A stretch of DNA of 64,000 bases from Basidiobolus meristosporus CBS 931.73 (Eukaryota > Fungi > Basidiobolomycota): assembly GCA_002104905.1 (NCBI GenBank), contig MCFE01000026.1, positions 124,001 through 188,000 of the forward strand, read 5' to 3'. Both the position numbers and the translations under genes were made by a program. Under the pieces are notes generated by a model that had not been told where the DNA came from, did no database searches, and saw nothing but the letters and a program-made list of their open reading frames with translations. Below, piece after piece: positions 10,934-24,100 of the stretch. Each line of letters starts with the position of its first letter. Positions within the stretch are counted from its first letter, which is position 1.

Positions 10934-13900
10934 GCTTTCAGGCATCAGTAGAGCTCTTATTGACACTACTACAAGCTAAAAATACTCCAAGAAGGTCCTG
11001 GAAGATTCTAAAGAGTACAGGACCTCCAATAAATCAGGTACCAGTAGTTAGAAAATGGTGTAGTAAGGAGATACCATATATGGCATTACATGATAGGGAT
11101 GGCAACACAGACCTGAGTAATGTGTCATGGGTACTAATGTAGGTACTTGCCTAATATAGATACATCTGGTGATTGCAAAGCTGAGTAACATTTGGGATAA
11201 GTAATGCTTATAATGTATCAGGGTGAACATCAAATGGAGAAAATACCAATCATTTTGGTAAAGGAAATGGGATAAAACCAATAAGGCAAAATATGAACAA
11301 GTGCATAATAATAGCTGATGGATAAACTTGTTTGTGGCAGGTATGATTACACAACTACACCAGTGGAAGACCAACAAATGACTGTCATAACATCACCACC
11401 ACCTGTATTTGCAAGTATGTTTTCAGCTTATACCAAAGTATTAATGAGGCCATTGGGTGCAGTGGCTGATAGGACAGATGCAATGGCACACAGAAATCAC
11501 AAAATAGTCCAGAGGTAATATGAGTGGATATCATGTGTAATGCAATCAGTATCTCAGGTAGAGAATGCAGTATTTTTGCTGCAACAAAGGAACCCTAGTA
11601 GCTCAATGTCACAGCAAAGAATTGAACCGTTTTCCAATGTAACTGCAGAGAATCATTCTACAGTCTTTGAAGTGCATTAACAATGTCCAGAGATAAAGCC
11701 TGCAGAGAAACCTATCACATCATGGGAGGGAGATACTGTTGTGCTTTACCCAAGACTAATAATCAAAAGACACTGAAGATCTGTGAAGCAGTTAAGTGCA
11801 ATGATGAAGAGTGGGCTAATATGCAAGAGCCTGTTTAAGCTTTAGCACGGCATCACCTTAAGGCCATCAGACCATGAGACTATCAGGAACTCAAGGCCAA
11901 GCAGAATGAGCTTGATATGTTCCATGAGCATTTCCTTGACTCAAGCAAGCAAGCTGATTTTGGGCCAGTGTTGGTATGCAAAGTAAGCATTTCAGTCAAA
12001 GTAGCAGTGAAAGACATGGCAGTGACAAAGGTAAAGGTGAAGAGAAGTACTACCAAAGCCAGAGACAGGGAAGCATGAGAAAAAAGCCTCAAAAGTTGGA
12101 AGCACTGCCATTTGAGCTACACTCCAATGAGGTAGATAAGCTTGCAGAGAAAGACAGTATGTTAATTTTTTTGTGGCATGTTACAAGTCACAGGTGCTAG
12201 ATTTGGAGTGCCATGGGTATAGAGTACCAGATGCATGTCTTTAGTCCTTCTGTGCTCTTACACATCCTGCACAAGCATTGATACAAAAAAAAGGGAGAAA
12301 ATGGATTTTCTCCAGCACAATGGGTGAAATACAGGGGCTGCTTTGCATGATGATGAGACGCTATGTTTCACACTCTGTGGCTACATTAAGGTCTGCTATG
12401 CCTCTCTGGCACACTATGGCATCATTTGGTACTCAAGGCTCAATGTGGCACTATCCTACAGAACAGGTCTATTGCATGTATATAAATGTAAGATTCAATG
12501 ATGACCCACCAAAGTAAGCATTATAAATAAAGTTGTGGCACATCATACAAGCATATATGTAACACCATTTCCCCTTTGGTATGACTCATTTACATGTATA
12601 TGTTGCCAAAAAATAAAGCAAAGTTGTCTGGTTCCTAACCAAACCCCATTGCTGACAGCAGCAGAAGAATTGTTGGACAACAGCTTGCTTTGACATTTAG
12701 TGCAACAGGTGGGGCTACAGCCAAAAAAGGCCCTGTGGACAGTGTGCCCATTGAAGGTAATAATGCAGACTCCTCAGAGTCTCATTCAGATAGGCAATTG
12801 GGAATCTCTGTGGAGCTGCAAGCTGACCATAATGCTGAGGCAGATGAGAATATAGCAAAAGCAGTACATTCAGCTGAATACCAGCAAGTGGCCATCATAA
12901 CATCACCACCATCTGTATTAATAAGTATGATGTCAGCTCATACCAAAGCATTACCAAGGCAATTAGGTGCAGTGGCTTATAGGAAAGATGAAATTGGGTA
13001 ATAGTCCAGAAACAGGATGAGCAAACAATATGTACAGAGCAATCAATATCCCAGGTAGAGAATGCAGTATTTGCTTTGCAAAGAAGGGATGGAAGTAGCT
13101 CAGTGACACAGCCAAGAATTGCTCCATTTCCCAATGTAACAGCAGAGGAACACCATACAGTCCTTGAAGCACAACAACAGTGCCCAAAGATAAAGCCCAC
13201 AGAAAAACCTATCACAGCATGGGAGGGAGAAAATGTAGTGTTTATACCAATGCCTAAAAATAAAAAGACATTTAAGATCCATGAAGCTGTTGAGTGTAAT
13301 GATGAAGAGTAGGACACAATTCAAGAGGCTGTTACAAGTCCAGCATGCCAACACCTCAAGGCCAGCATACCATGGGACCATCTGGAACTCAAAGCCAAGC
13401 AGAATGTGCTTGACTTGCACCATGCTCATTATCCTGGATTCAAACCAGTAGATGAATTTTGAGTCTGTATTGGTATGCTAAGAAAGTATCTCAAGAATAG
13501 CAGAAACTATCAAAGGCAGAGAACAAGGGTGCAGTGGCTAAACACCAGTGGGTTCCTCAAGAGCCTGTTACAAGCAGGGCCAAAAGCTCCAAACAAGCAT
13601 CAAAGAGATATCAGGTAGTTGGGACAATGCCAAAATGGGAAAAGCAGGTGGACACAGATGTACTAGCACAACATTTTCTAAGGAAAAAGCGTGGTTCTAA
13701 TTAAGAAGCACCCAGTCTAAGAAGCATGAAGGAACTGGCACTGATAAAAACAAGCAGCTACCTCAGGAGCCCATCACAGCATGGACAGAGAGCTCAGAAC
13801 ATGTAGAAGAGAAGCAACAGGTTGCCTGCAGAGTGCCAGCAAGGTACAAGTAGGCCAAAATAGATGCTTCAGAGCAGCATTTATCAAGAAGAAAGTGTAG

Positions 13901-14979
13901 CTTAATACAAGAAGAACTCAGACATAGTAGCTGTGAAAGACCTGGCAGAGATCAAGGAAAAGGTAAAGGGAAAAAGGTCTGCCCAAGCCAGAGAAATGTA
14001 AGAAAAAAGCAGCAGTTCTTACCAATTAATGATGTAAGCCTGTAACAGTCTGAATCCCATCTTGGTCAGGAAGAATTACTAACAAGAAAACAGATGTTTT
14101 TACAACAGTTGGAAGCACAGCCAGTTGAGCTATACTCCCGTGAGGTAGATGAGTTTGCAGGTAAAGGCAGTTTGTCTACCATAGCCTCCACATCCTCCAT
14201 TATCAACAGAGTGGAGATCCCACTGACAGCCAATGTAACAATGTCAAGAACCTAAAAGGCTATCACAATGCCTTTGGTGGAATTTTGGAACATTAATAGG
14301 TACACCAAGAGGTTGCAGCACTTCTTCAAGAGCAGTGCTCAAGAAAACGCACTTGGATATTGCAAGGATTTATTGCAAAGACTGGCAGATGAGGTGCTAG
14401 ACCTTGCAGTGCTGGCTGAGGACTGGGATGTATGGGAACCAGCAAATGAACATTGGCACAATGCTGTAGGGTTCCCGCCAAAGTCATGGAAACGGAGCAT
14501 TACAGCAGAAATCATTATTGAGTGATGGATTTTAATAGAGTTACTTGTTGAGTGTGGGGTTGGGCTTAATGTTGGTGTAGGGTGCAGGGACTTGCATAGC
14601 TCAGTATGATAGGCAATTGAGGTCCAACTGAAGTTTCAACCAAAGTAAATCAATTTGTATGCATGAAAAGTAAGAGAAATGGTTGAGTCAGCAAGTAAGG
14701 AGTGTGAAAAATAGGCAACAGCCAGTCAATGCACACAAATGTAGGAGGGGACAGAGTGTCTGAGATCAGAGAGTAAGAAAATTGGCGGAGAACCAATCAA
14801 AAGCCACTTTTATGTTGTTGTGATGAAAAATACTGACCAAGTTTTTTGTGAAATCTGGGGTGCAATTATTTTCTTATGGTCTTTGCATAGTGTCCAGACA
14901 GGATCAATACCTTTTAGTCTAGAGATATTAATTTTGTGATGGCCTTTTGACAGGATCATCACAATTATTTCTCATAGAG
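10934..14979 (+). mobile_element. CACTA/CMC-type DNA transposon derivative (family D copy 1; accessory-ORF arm, module present twice)
   Basis: Reverse-complement homolog of 30700-34330. Ends in CTCATAGAG (reverse complement of the CCCTATG terminus, one mismatch). Subterminal repeat GACAGGATCA at 14897 and 14949. Accessory module at ~11340-12150 (internally deleted) and ~12690-14260. Left boundary is unclear. Confidence 0.75.
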
Positions 14980-15301
14980 AAATACTCACCCAACTTAGTC
15001 ACTTAGAACATTATATACAGATCTTAGAGAATACTAACCATATTCCTTAATGTGAATCACTTCAAATATTATCACCAAAAATAGCAGGTACCCAAAACAT
15101 GCAAATTCTCAAAGTTGTCCAAACAGCACCAAACTTTGTGCACATGCTGTTAGGACCTTTCTAAAAATATTCTTCATGTTTGCAATACCATGACCATGTA
15201 AAAGTACAAATACTACTTTTACATAAAATAAATTATTAGTAAAGGCAACAAGATTTACTTGTTAGCCATATCATTTCAATATCTCCAAGACTCTTACAAC
15301 A
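14980..15301 (+). repeat. Family B LTR, 5'-truncated and diverged
   Basis: Aligns to 38471-38820 from AAATATTCACC onward and ends CTCTTACAACA. Confidence 0.85.
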
Positions 15302-15618
15302 TGAATAACTTGGATCACAATTAGGATTAGTTCATATATATATTTAGCTGGGTGAGAGTGTAGCACATCTTGTGCTTAGACCACAATATTCACCTAGCTT
15401 GGTCACTTGTGTCTTTACCTATAAATCTTAGAGAATTCTGAGCCAATTTCTTGTCAGGATTCATTTGGGATATTTTCACCAATGTATCAGGTATCCAGAA
15501 CATGAAATTTCTCCAAGTTGTCCAAGCAGTCCCAAACCTTGCATTCATGCTCTTAGGACCTTCCCAGACATATCCTATGTGTTTGTTATACCAAGACCAT
15601 GTAAACATATAGATACTA

Positions 15619-18600
15619 TGTTGAGATATTGGACTATTTGGTATCATTCAGCAGCTAAAAATTTACTTAACAATTCTAGGCTAGTCTTAGTCACTGTAGG
15701 ACTCATTTACTGCCTTAACTTTGCCACTTTCTCCAGATATATGATCTTTTGATTATTCCCCTATAGTCAGGATCAAATTAGCACTATTACCAAACATTAT
15801 GTAATAACCCTGAAACTGTTACAGAATGCTCCTGAATATTGCAAAACCCTCCCTACTTAGTGTTGCAGCTGCATTACTTCTACAAAGGTATAAATACTGA
15901 GCTACTTTATGAATAAACAACAGTTCAACTATTATCACTATTTCTTGATAAGTTCCTTATATCCAAATCACTTCTTAAATTGCAACAGGTTATGAGCCCC
16001 AATTGCCTTAATCTATTCTAAAGATGACTTCTACCAGCAAACAAAGCAATACCAACATCTTCCCTGTAAAGGAGAGGTTTGATGGGAAGAACTACAGACT
16101 TTGGAGAGTCAAGATGCAGATCCACCTTGAGGAAAGAAAGCTTTGGAACATAGTAACAGGAAAGGAAGTTGAGCCCAAAGGAACAGCAGAAGATGTGGAG
16201 AAGTTTCAAGAGAAGGAGAGAAAGGCCTTCAATGCGATATGCATCAATGTGCAAGACTCTTTCATTGGACAAATCCATGCCTCAAATACTGCCAAAGCAG
16301 CATGTGAATCCTTAGAGAAGATCTTTAGAGCAAAGTCAGTATCAAGCAAGCTTTATTTGAAACAAAAGTTCTTCAACATGAGAAAAAAGCGAGATGATGA
16401 CATGCTACAACTCATTATCAGAATGGAGACACTTGCAGAAGAACCTTACAGTATTAATGCTGGTGTAGATGATGAAGAAAAGATACTCTGTCTGCTTTGC
16501 AGCCTACCAAACAAGTATGAGCCACTCATACTTTCTTTTGAAAGCAGAGAAGACAACTTGACTTTAGACTATGTCAAAGGAAGACTTCTCCATGAAGAAC
16601 TCAGACCTAATGATCAAGCAGAGAAAATTGAAGATAATGCTTTATTCAGTTCAGAAAGGCATACAGAAAAGAAGGGAAAGCAACAAAACCAAAGAAAACC
16701 TGGCTGCTGTAACTACTGTAAGAAGCCGGGACACTGGGCAAGAGAATGCAAGAAGAAACAAGCAGACAAAAAACAGAAACTAGAGCAGGCAAACCATATA
16801 ACTACTGATGAACAGTTATTTGTAACTGTACAAGAGAGTGCAAGTAACTGAAGTAATGAATGGTATATTGACTCTGGAGCCTCACAGCATATTTGTGGTA
16901 TAAAGGATTGGTTCAGCAACTTAAAGACTATTCCCGTAAGAAAGGTTTATCTGGGAGATAACTCTGCATTGGAAGCTACTGCCAGTGGGTCTATACAACT
17001 AAATATGAGTGATAACTCAGGGGCAACAACAGCAAAACTGACTGACGTACTCTATGTACCTGGAATAGCTAAGAACCTACTCTCAGTCAGTAAAGCAACT
17101 ACTCAGGGACTGAAATTTGTTTTTACTAAGCTGAACTGCTCAATATTGAGTGAAAATGGACAAGAATTAGCTTTGGGAATCAGAGATCACAATATATACA
17201 AGTTACAATGCAAGATCATTGTACCTGAGTATGTCAACATTGCTGAAACTGATGAAACCAACTGGGAGACGTGGCATAGGAGGCTAGGACACATAGGGGA
17301 ACAGAAAATGAGCCAATTGGTGAAAAATCAGCTTGTTTTGGGCCTAAAATACTCAATTCTGATCAAATTGAATGTTTGTAAGGGATGTTCATATGGCAAA
17401 CAAGCTAGGCAACATTTCAAGAGCTCAGAAGGCATCAATACCACCAAAATATTGGCTATTGTACACTCAGACATATGTGGCCCCATGAGAACACTGTCCT
17501 TTGGAGCCAAAAGATACTTTATGACATTTATTGATGACAAGACAAGATATACATGGGTGTACTTCCTCAAAACAAAGGATGAAGCTTTAGAGACATTTAA
17601 GCACTTCAAGAACATAGCACAAACACAAACTGGGTGTAAATTGAAGGTACTACAAAGTGACAATGGAGGAGAATACTGCTCAAAGGAGTTTGCAAAATAC
17701 TGCTTGTCTACTGGTATACTTCAACAGACCACAGTTCCTCATACTCCACAGCAAAATGGAGTAGCAGAACGTGCAAATAGAACAATAGTAGAGATGGGAA
17801 GATCTATGCTACATGATAAGGCAATGTACTACAAGTTTTGGGCTTAATCTGTTGCTACCACTGTATACATCAAGAATAGATGCCCAACAACAGCACTGTG
17901 TGATTCTACACCCTTTGAAGCATATACAGGCAAAAAACCAGATCTCCAGCCCCTCAGGATCTTTGGCAGTGATGTTTTTTATCACATCCCTGACAAAAAA
18001 CGCTCAAAGTTGGAACCAAAGAGTAGAAAAGAGATCTTTCTTGGGTATTGTGAAGATACTAAAGGGTATAGAGTGTATGATGGCAAAATTCAGCATCTGA
18101 TCAAGAGCAGGGACGTTGAATTTGAGGAGAATTCAGATCAGAAAGCCATGGAAATCATTGGCCAGCTTTCTGATGATGCAATCAACACAAATGAAGAAGA
18201 TACGTACCAAATCCAGCCAGAGATGGAAGATACTTCTACCAGCTCCAGATCAGAACAGATTATCCCAGTTAGGAGATCTACTAGAATAAGAAATACCCCT
18301 GGATCCTGGTGGCGGACATCCAATGATCATGAAGAAGCTTTTCTTGCCTTATGTGCCAAACCTCAGAATCTGGAACAGGCAATGCAAGGTCCAGATGCTA
18401 CCAAGTGGCAACAAGCCATGCAGGGGGAGTACCAATCACTGATCAAGGCAAAAACGTGGGAACTGGTAGATTTACCAAATGGGAGAAAGCCAATAGGATG
18501 TAGATGGGTCTACAAGATCAAGATAACCTCAAATGGTGCCGTTGATAAGTACAAGGCTAGATTGGTAGCTAAAGGCTATTCCCAGATCCGGGGACTAGAC

Positions 18601-20304
18601 TTTAAGGAAACATTTGCTCTGATTGCCAAGTTTAACTCTATTAGGATAGTTCTAGCCCTGGCAGCTGTACACAGTCTAGATCTACACCAAATGGACATCA
18701 AAACAGCCTTTCTAAATGGGGATTTGCAAGAAACTATATATATGGAGCAACCAGAAGGTTTTACCAATCCAAAAGGCCCCCATAAGGTGTGCAAACTTAG
18801 AAAATTGCTGTATGGGCTTAAGCAGGCACCCAGAGCATGATACAACAAGATTGACACATATCTAGAGGAAATTGGGTTCTCTTGTAGCACTACAGATCAC
18901 AGTAAATATGTGAAACAGCTCAAACAGGGTGTGATAATCCTAGTTCTTTATGTGGACAACCTAATTATAGCTACAAGTGATCAAGAGGCACTTAAACAGA
19001 CAAAATCAGATCTCTTCAACAAGTTTGAGATGAAAGATCTTGGAAAATTGAGCTATTTTCTTGGAATTGAGGTCAAATTTGACATACCTACGCAGAAAAT
19101 TGTTCTGAATCAGTCCAAGTACATCAGGGACATTCTTAGACGCTTCAAAAAGGAAAATTGCAAACCTGCAGCAACCCCTATGGACAATAACCTGAAATTA
19201 AGCAAATCTCAGCCAGTTATAGACAAAAACGGCTCAAATATGGACCAAAACTTTCCCTATCAATCAATGGTTGGTACCCTAATGTACTTGATGGTGTCTA
19301 CACGTCCAGATATTGCAGTAGCAGTTGGAATAGTCAGTCAATTCATGCAGAATTATGGATCAGATCAAATTGCAGCAGTTAAGTGGATTTTGAGATATCT
19401 ACAAGGTACCATAAGTATGGTACTGGAATACTCTGGAGCAGCTAATAGGCAAAAATTTGATGGTTATAGTGATTCAGATTGGGGTAGGGATCTGATTGAC
19501 AGACGCTCTACCACAGGCTATGTATTTCTTTATGCTGGTGCAGCTATTACTTGGAATTGCAAGAAACAACCAACTGTGGCACTATCTACAACTAAAGCCA
19601 AATATATGGCTGCATGTCAAGCAACTAAGGAGGCTATATGGCTACAAAAATTATTCAAAGACTTAGGTTTTAATTCAGGTGAACTAACATGTATTTACAA
19701 GGATAATCAAGGTTGTATTTCATTAGCTAGAAATCCTACTAATCATGTCAGAACTAAGCACATTGATATACAGCATCACTTTGTGAGGGAAGCTGTAGAA
19801 AATAACTTAGTGGAGCTGGTTTACTGCCCAACTGACAAAATGGTGGCAGACATATTGACAAAACCACTAGCTAGGTCACAGTTTGAGATCCTTAGAGAGA
19901 AATTGGGATTAAGAATTTATTTAGTTGAGGGGGAGTGTTGAAATATTGGACTATTTGGTATCATTCAGCAGCTAAGAACTTACTTAACAATTCTAGGCTA
20001 GCCTTAGTCACTGTAGGACTCATTTACTGCCTTAACTTTGCCACTTTCTCCAGATATATGATCTTTTGATTATTCCCCTATAGTCAGGATCAAATTAGCA
20101 CTATTACCAAACATTATGTACTAACCCTGAAACTGTTACAGAATGCTCCTGAATATTGAGAAACCCTCCCTACTTAGTGTTGCAGCTGCATTACTTCTAC
20201 AAAGGTATAAATACTGAGCTTCTTTATGAATAAACAACAGTTCAACTATTATCACTATTTCTTGATAAGTTCCTTATATCCAAATCACTTCTTAAATTGC
20301 AACA
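15619..20304 (+). mobile_element. Ty1/copia LTR retrotransposon, family A, copy 2 (full length)
   Basis: LTRs at 15619-15987 and 19936-20304 (369 bp, about 8 differences by eye). Perfect TSD TACTA. PBS GGTTATGAGCCCC at 15988-16000. PPT GAGGGGGAG before 19936. Confidence 0.98.
16024..19941 (+). pseudogene. copia gag-pol, single frame with three premature stops
   Basis: ORFs 16024-16851, 16969-17847, 18010-18840 and 18910-19941 are all in one frame. Zinc knuckle CNYCKKPGHWAREC, protease WYIDSGAS, integrase, RT and RNase H are present. Confidence 0.95.
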
Positions 20305-20416
20305 TACTACTCTTACATTCAAAAACCATCAAGTGAGAACCACATAATCTACTTGTTCTCACAGTCACTTCCAATATCCCAAAAGCTCTCACAACTGTAT
20401 TTATGCGCTTGGTCCT

Positions 20417-21118
20417 TGTTGTAAGAGTCTTGGAGATATTGGAAGTGATTGGGAGAACAAGTAGATTATGTGGTTTTTGCTGTAAAAATATGTATTTCCA
20501 CCTAAATATTCACCTAACTTAGTCACTTAGATCATTACCTTCAAATCCTAGAGAATACTGACCAAATTCCTTGCCGGGATTTACTTAGAATATTTTCACC
20601 AAAATACCAGGAACCCAGAACATGAAAATTCTCAAAGTTGTCCAAACAGCCCCAAACTTTGCACACATGTTCTTGGGACCTTCCTTAACCTATTCTACAT
20701 GTTTGTAATGCCAAGACCAGGTAAAAGTACAAATACTACTTTTACATTTAATAAATCAATAAGTGATAACTGTTGTAAGAGTCTTGGAGATATTGGAAGT
20801 GATTGGGAGAACAAGTAGATTATGTGGTTTTCACTTAATGATTTATTGAATGTAAAGTACTGTTTATACTTTTACCTGGTCTTAGCATTTCAAACACGTA
20901 AGATAGGGTAAGGAAGGTCCCAAGAGCATGTGTGCAAAGTTTGGGGCTGTTTGGACAACTTTGAGAATTTTCATGTTCTGGGTACCTGGTATTTTGGTGA
21001 AAATATTCTAAGTAAATCCCAACAAGGAATTCGGTCAGTATTCTCTAGGATTTGAAGGTGATGATCTAAGTGACTAAGCTAGGTGAATATTTAGGTGGAA
21101 ATACAAATTTTTACAACA
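20417..21118. repeat. Cluster of rearranged family B LTRs (minus 20417-20478, plus 20479-20770, full minus 20771-21118)
   Basis: Each segment aligns by eye to the 350-bp LTR at 38471-38820 or its reverse complement. Confidence 0.85.
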
Positions 21119-24100
21119 GTCCTAGCATAATAAGTTGGAATTCTGACTAATTCTATGCAACCTTGATTATCTTGAAATATAGGTATGATTACAAAATTTG
21201 CCGCATCCTTAAGGCAAGTTATTCTTGTTGTAAAAATTTGTAATTCCACCTAAATATTCACCTAACTTGGCCACTTAGATCATTAACTTCAAATCTTAGA
21301 GAATACTGACCAAATTCCTTGTTGGGATTTACTTAGAATATTTTCACCAAAATACCAGGTACTCAGGACATGAAAAGTCTCAAAGTTGTTCAAACAGCCC
21401 CAAACTTTGCACACATGTTCTTGGGATCTTCCTTAACCCGTCCTATTTGTTTGTTATGCCAAGTCCATGAAAGAGTATAAATACCTCTTGTACATTCAAT
21501 AAACAATAAGTGAAAACCACATAATCTACTTGTTTTACCAATCACTTCTGATATCTCCAAGATTCTTACAATAGATTATGAGCCCCAAGCTGTCACTCTC
21601 TGCAATGTCTACTACTGCTATTACTGGAATTTTCCCCTTTGCCAAAAGTTGGATGGATCTAACTACCAAGTGTGGAAGGTGAAGATGAATATGTTGCTAC
21701 AAGAAAGAGGCCTTTGGGATATTTTCATGAGAGAAGAATGATCTCCTAGAAATGTGGGAGAGGAAGCCATAAAGTGCCAGAAGAAAGAACAAAGTGCCTT
21801 TAACTGCATTTGCCTTAACATTAAAGACAAATTGCCCATTCAATGCTCAAGAGCAAAAACAGCTAAGAATGCCAGGAAGAAATTAGAAGACCCCTACCAG
21901 TCATGTTCAGCTGCTAAGAAAATGTATCTGAGACAAAAATTCTTTACAACAAAGATGCTGTCAGGAGAAGAAATGAAAAATCTAATTAATGAATTAACCT
22001 GCTGGTGGATGAAATGGAATTGGTGGGCATACCAACTACTGATGAGGATGTGATAGTTATCATCCAGAATATCCTGCCAGACAAGCTTCAGGGCCTTGTA
22101 TCAGCCCTAGAGTCCAGAACTGAATATTTGACCATAAACTACATCTATAGAAGGCTCCCAGATGAAGAATTAAGAAAAGCAAGCGCTGTAATGAGGTCAG
22201 AGTGACACACCCAGGCAGATGTGCTCATTCCCATATGTTCTCTTGCCCAAAAAGAATTGCCCTCCCTATACTAGTAACATCCCAGATTGCAATATTTTCT
22301 ATCTGTCTATGTGATTATTACTATGTGACCTGGCAAACTATTTCTCATTATTAACCCATTGCACAAGCTATTCCTATCCCTTGCTAAGACGCCAAGATAA
22401 GATAGGTACCATATAAGGCAAGTATCCCCAACAGTGCCTATGTCATGTGACCATCTTGGATTCATAACTCTCCTATTCACCTACCATATGAGGTAACTAT
22501 ATGACACAGAGGTTTCATGTTACCACTATCTGATTGGCTAGGTACTACTATATCTCATGGAACAATCCGCCACAAATTTGAGCTATTTATAGTACACAAT
22601 GACATGATTGGCCCTCTACTACCTTCTGGAAACTTCTGGAAAGTATTTTCTTGCAAGAATTTGAGCAGCAAAAAAGTATATAAGTGAGGCTATCCCTTAC
22701 AAATAAATCATCCCTCTTCCAATATCCCAACTTATTGATTAGTGAGATCACTGCTACCTATTACCACTACGTTCTGACTCAGACCTGACAACACTCTCAG
22801 AAAACCATGCTGACAGCCGACTGATCTTGAGGGCACTACTTATGAGGAATACTCAGATTAGGTATATTTTATTATATTTGATTGTTTTCCCAAGTTTGTT
22901 CTTGTACAGGCAAAGATACTTTTTAGTCTTTGTTACTGTTGGCCAAAACTGTATTCTTATCAGGTCACTGTTGGTGGAGTTTACAGTTGTTCTGACTTTG
23001 GAAGCTTTAGTACACTGTCATCTCAAAGGATGCTGAAGCCAGTATAAACTTTTATTAAGATGCCAACTTAGTAGGGATTGTAGTTCAATAGTTCTCCCTT
23101 GACAAGCTTGAGGCTGTATCCCCCTTCACATTAGATTAGTAAGAGACCCAGTATTCCTAGCAAGCTTTTGCCAGAGGTTATTGCACCTGGTGAACACCCC
23201 ACACACTCACACTTGAGAAGTGTTGGCCATATTTTGCCCTTTGGGCTTATACACTACCACAAAGTTGGCACCCAACATGGGGGGTTTACACAAGCTTTTT
23301 AGGACCCAATCAGACTTATCCAGCTATTGCAACCAATCTATTCCCTGTGCATTCAGATATCAAGACCTACAGCTCAGAACCCTCAAAACTCAAAGATATT
23401 CATCCGCATACCAACTACATGATTACAATGAACTGCATGCCATTACTGCTCTCCTATGGAGCACCACAGTTTGACGGCAAGAATGTGGATAGCTTTATAT
23501 TCAAGTGGGAGAAACTCTGCAAGATGTGTACTCTTTCAGGGCAAGATATGGCTGAGGACTTCCCCTACTACTGCACAGATCATATAACCAGCAAGCTACT
23601 TAAGCAGAGAGATATGCTTTCAGACTGGCCCTCAATGAAAAGCCACTTGCAACAAGAGTATGGAAAACCCAAAATATACTCTGGAATAGAAGATCTACAA
23701 CTGTTTGGACAGAATGGACTGTACAAGCTACCACCTGAAGGGTTCATCCAGCAGTATGAAGATATGGGCAAACCACTCCTGGAGTCTCAGGCTACTACTG
23801 AGTTCACTATGACCCTCTATCTTGCCCAAGGATTATCACAAGAGCTGGCAAGAAAGGTGGATCAGCTAGCAGCCAAGGATGCTAGGTCTGGAGTCCCAAG
23901 CTTTGTAGAGATTAAGTGTGTTCTACTTGACTCAAAGCAAACATTAACCTTTATGAGGCTTCTAAAGACCAATGTACCCAGTCCAGCTGAAAAGAACAAT
24001 GAGAAGAATACTGCTGAAAAGATAACATACTCTACTGACAGGATTGACCAACATGCCAAGCAATTGCAAAAACTTGCCCCTAAAGTCAATGGAGCTACTG

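Larger units (their letters stand above)
15383..20394 (+). repeat. Family B LTR split by copia A copy 2 (15383-15618 plus 20305-20394)
   Basis: Joining the flanks at the TACTA TSD restores the LTR-B text ccaagaccatgtaaa..tacta|ct.ttacattcaa..ccacataatctacttg. Confidence 0.85.
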
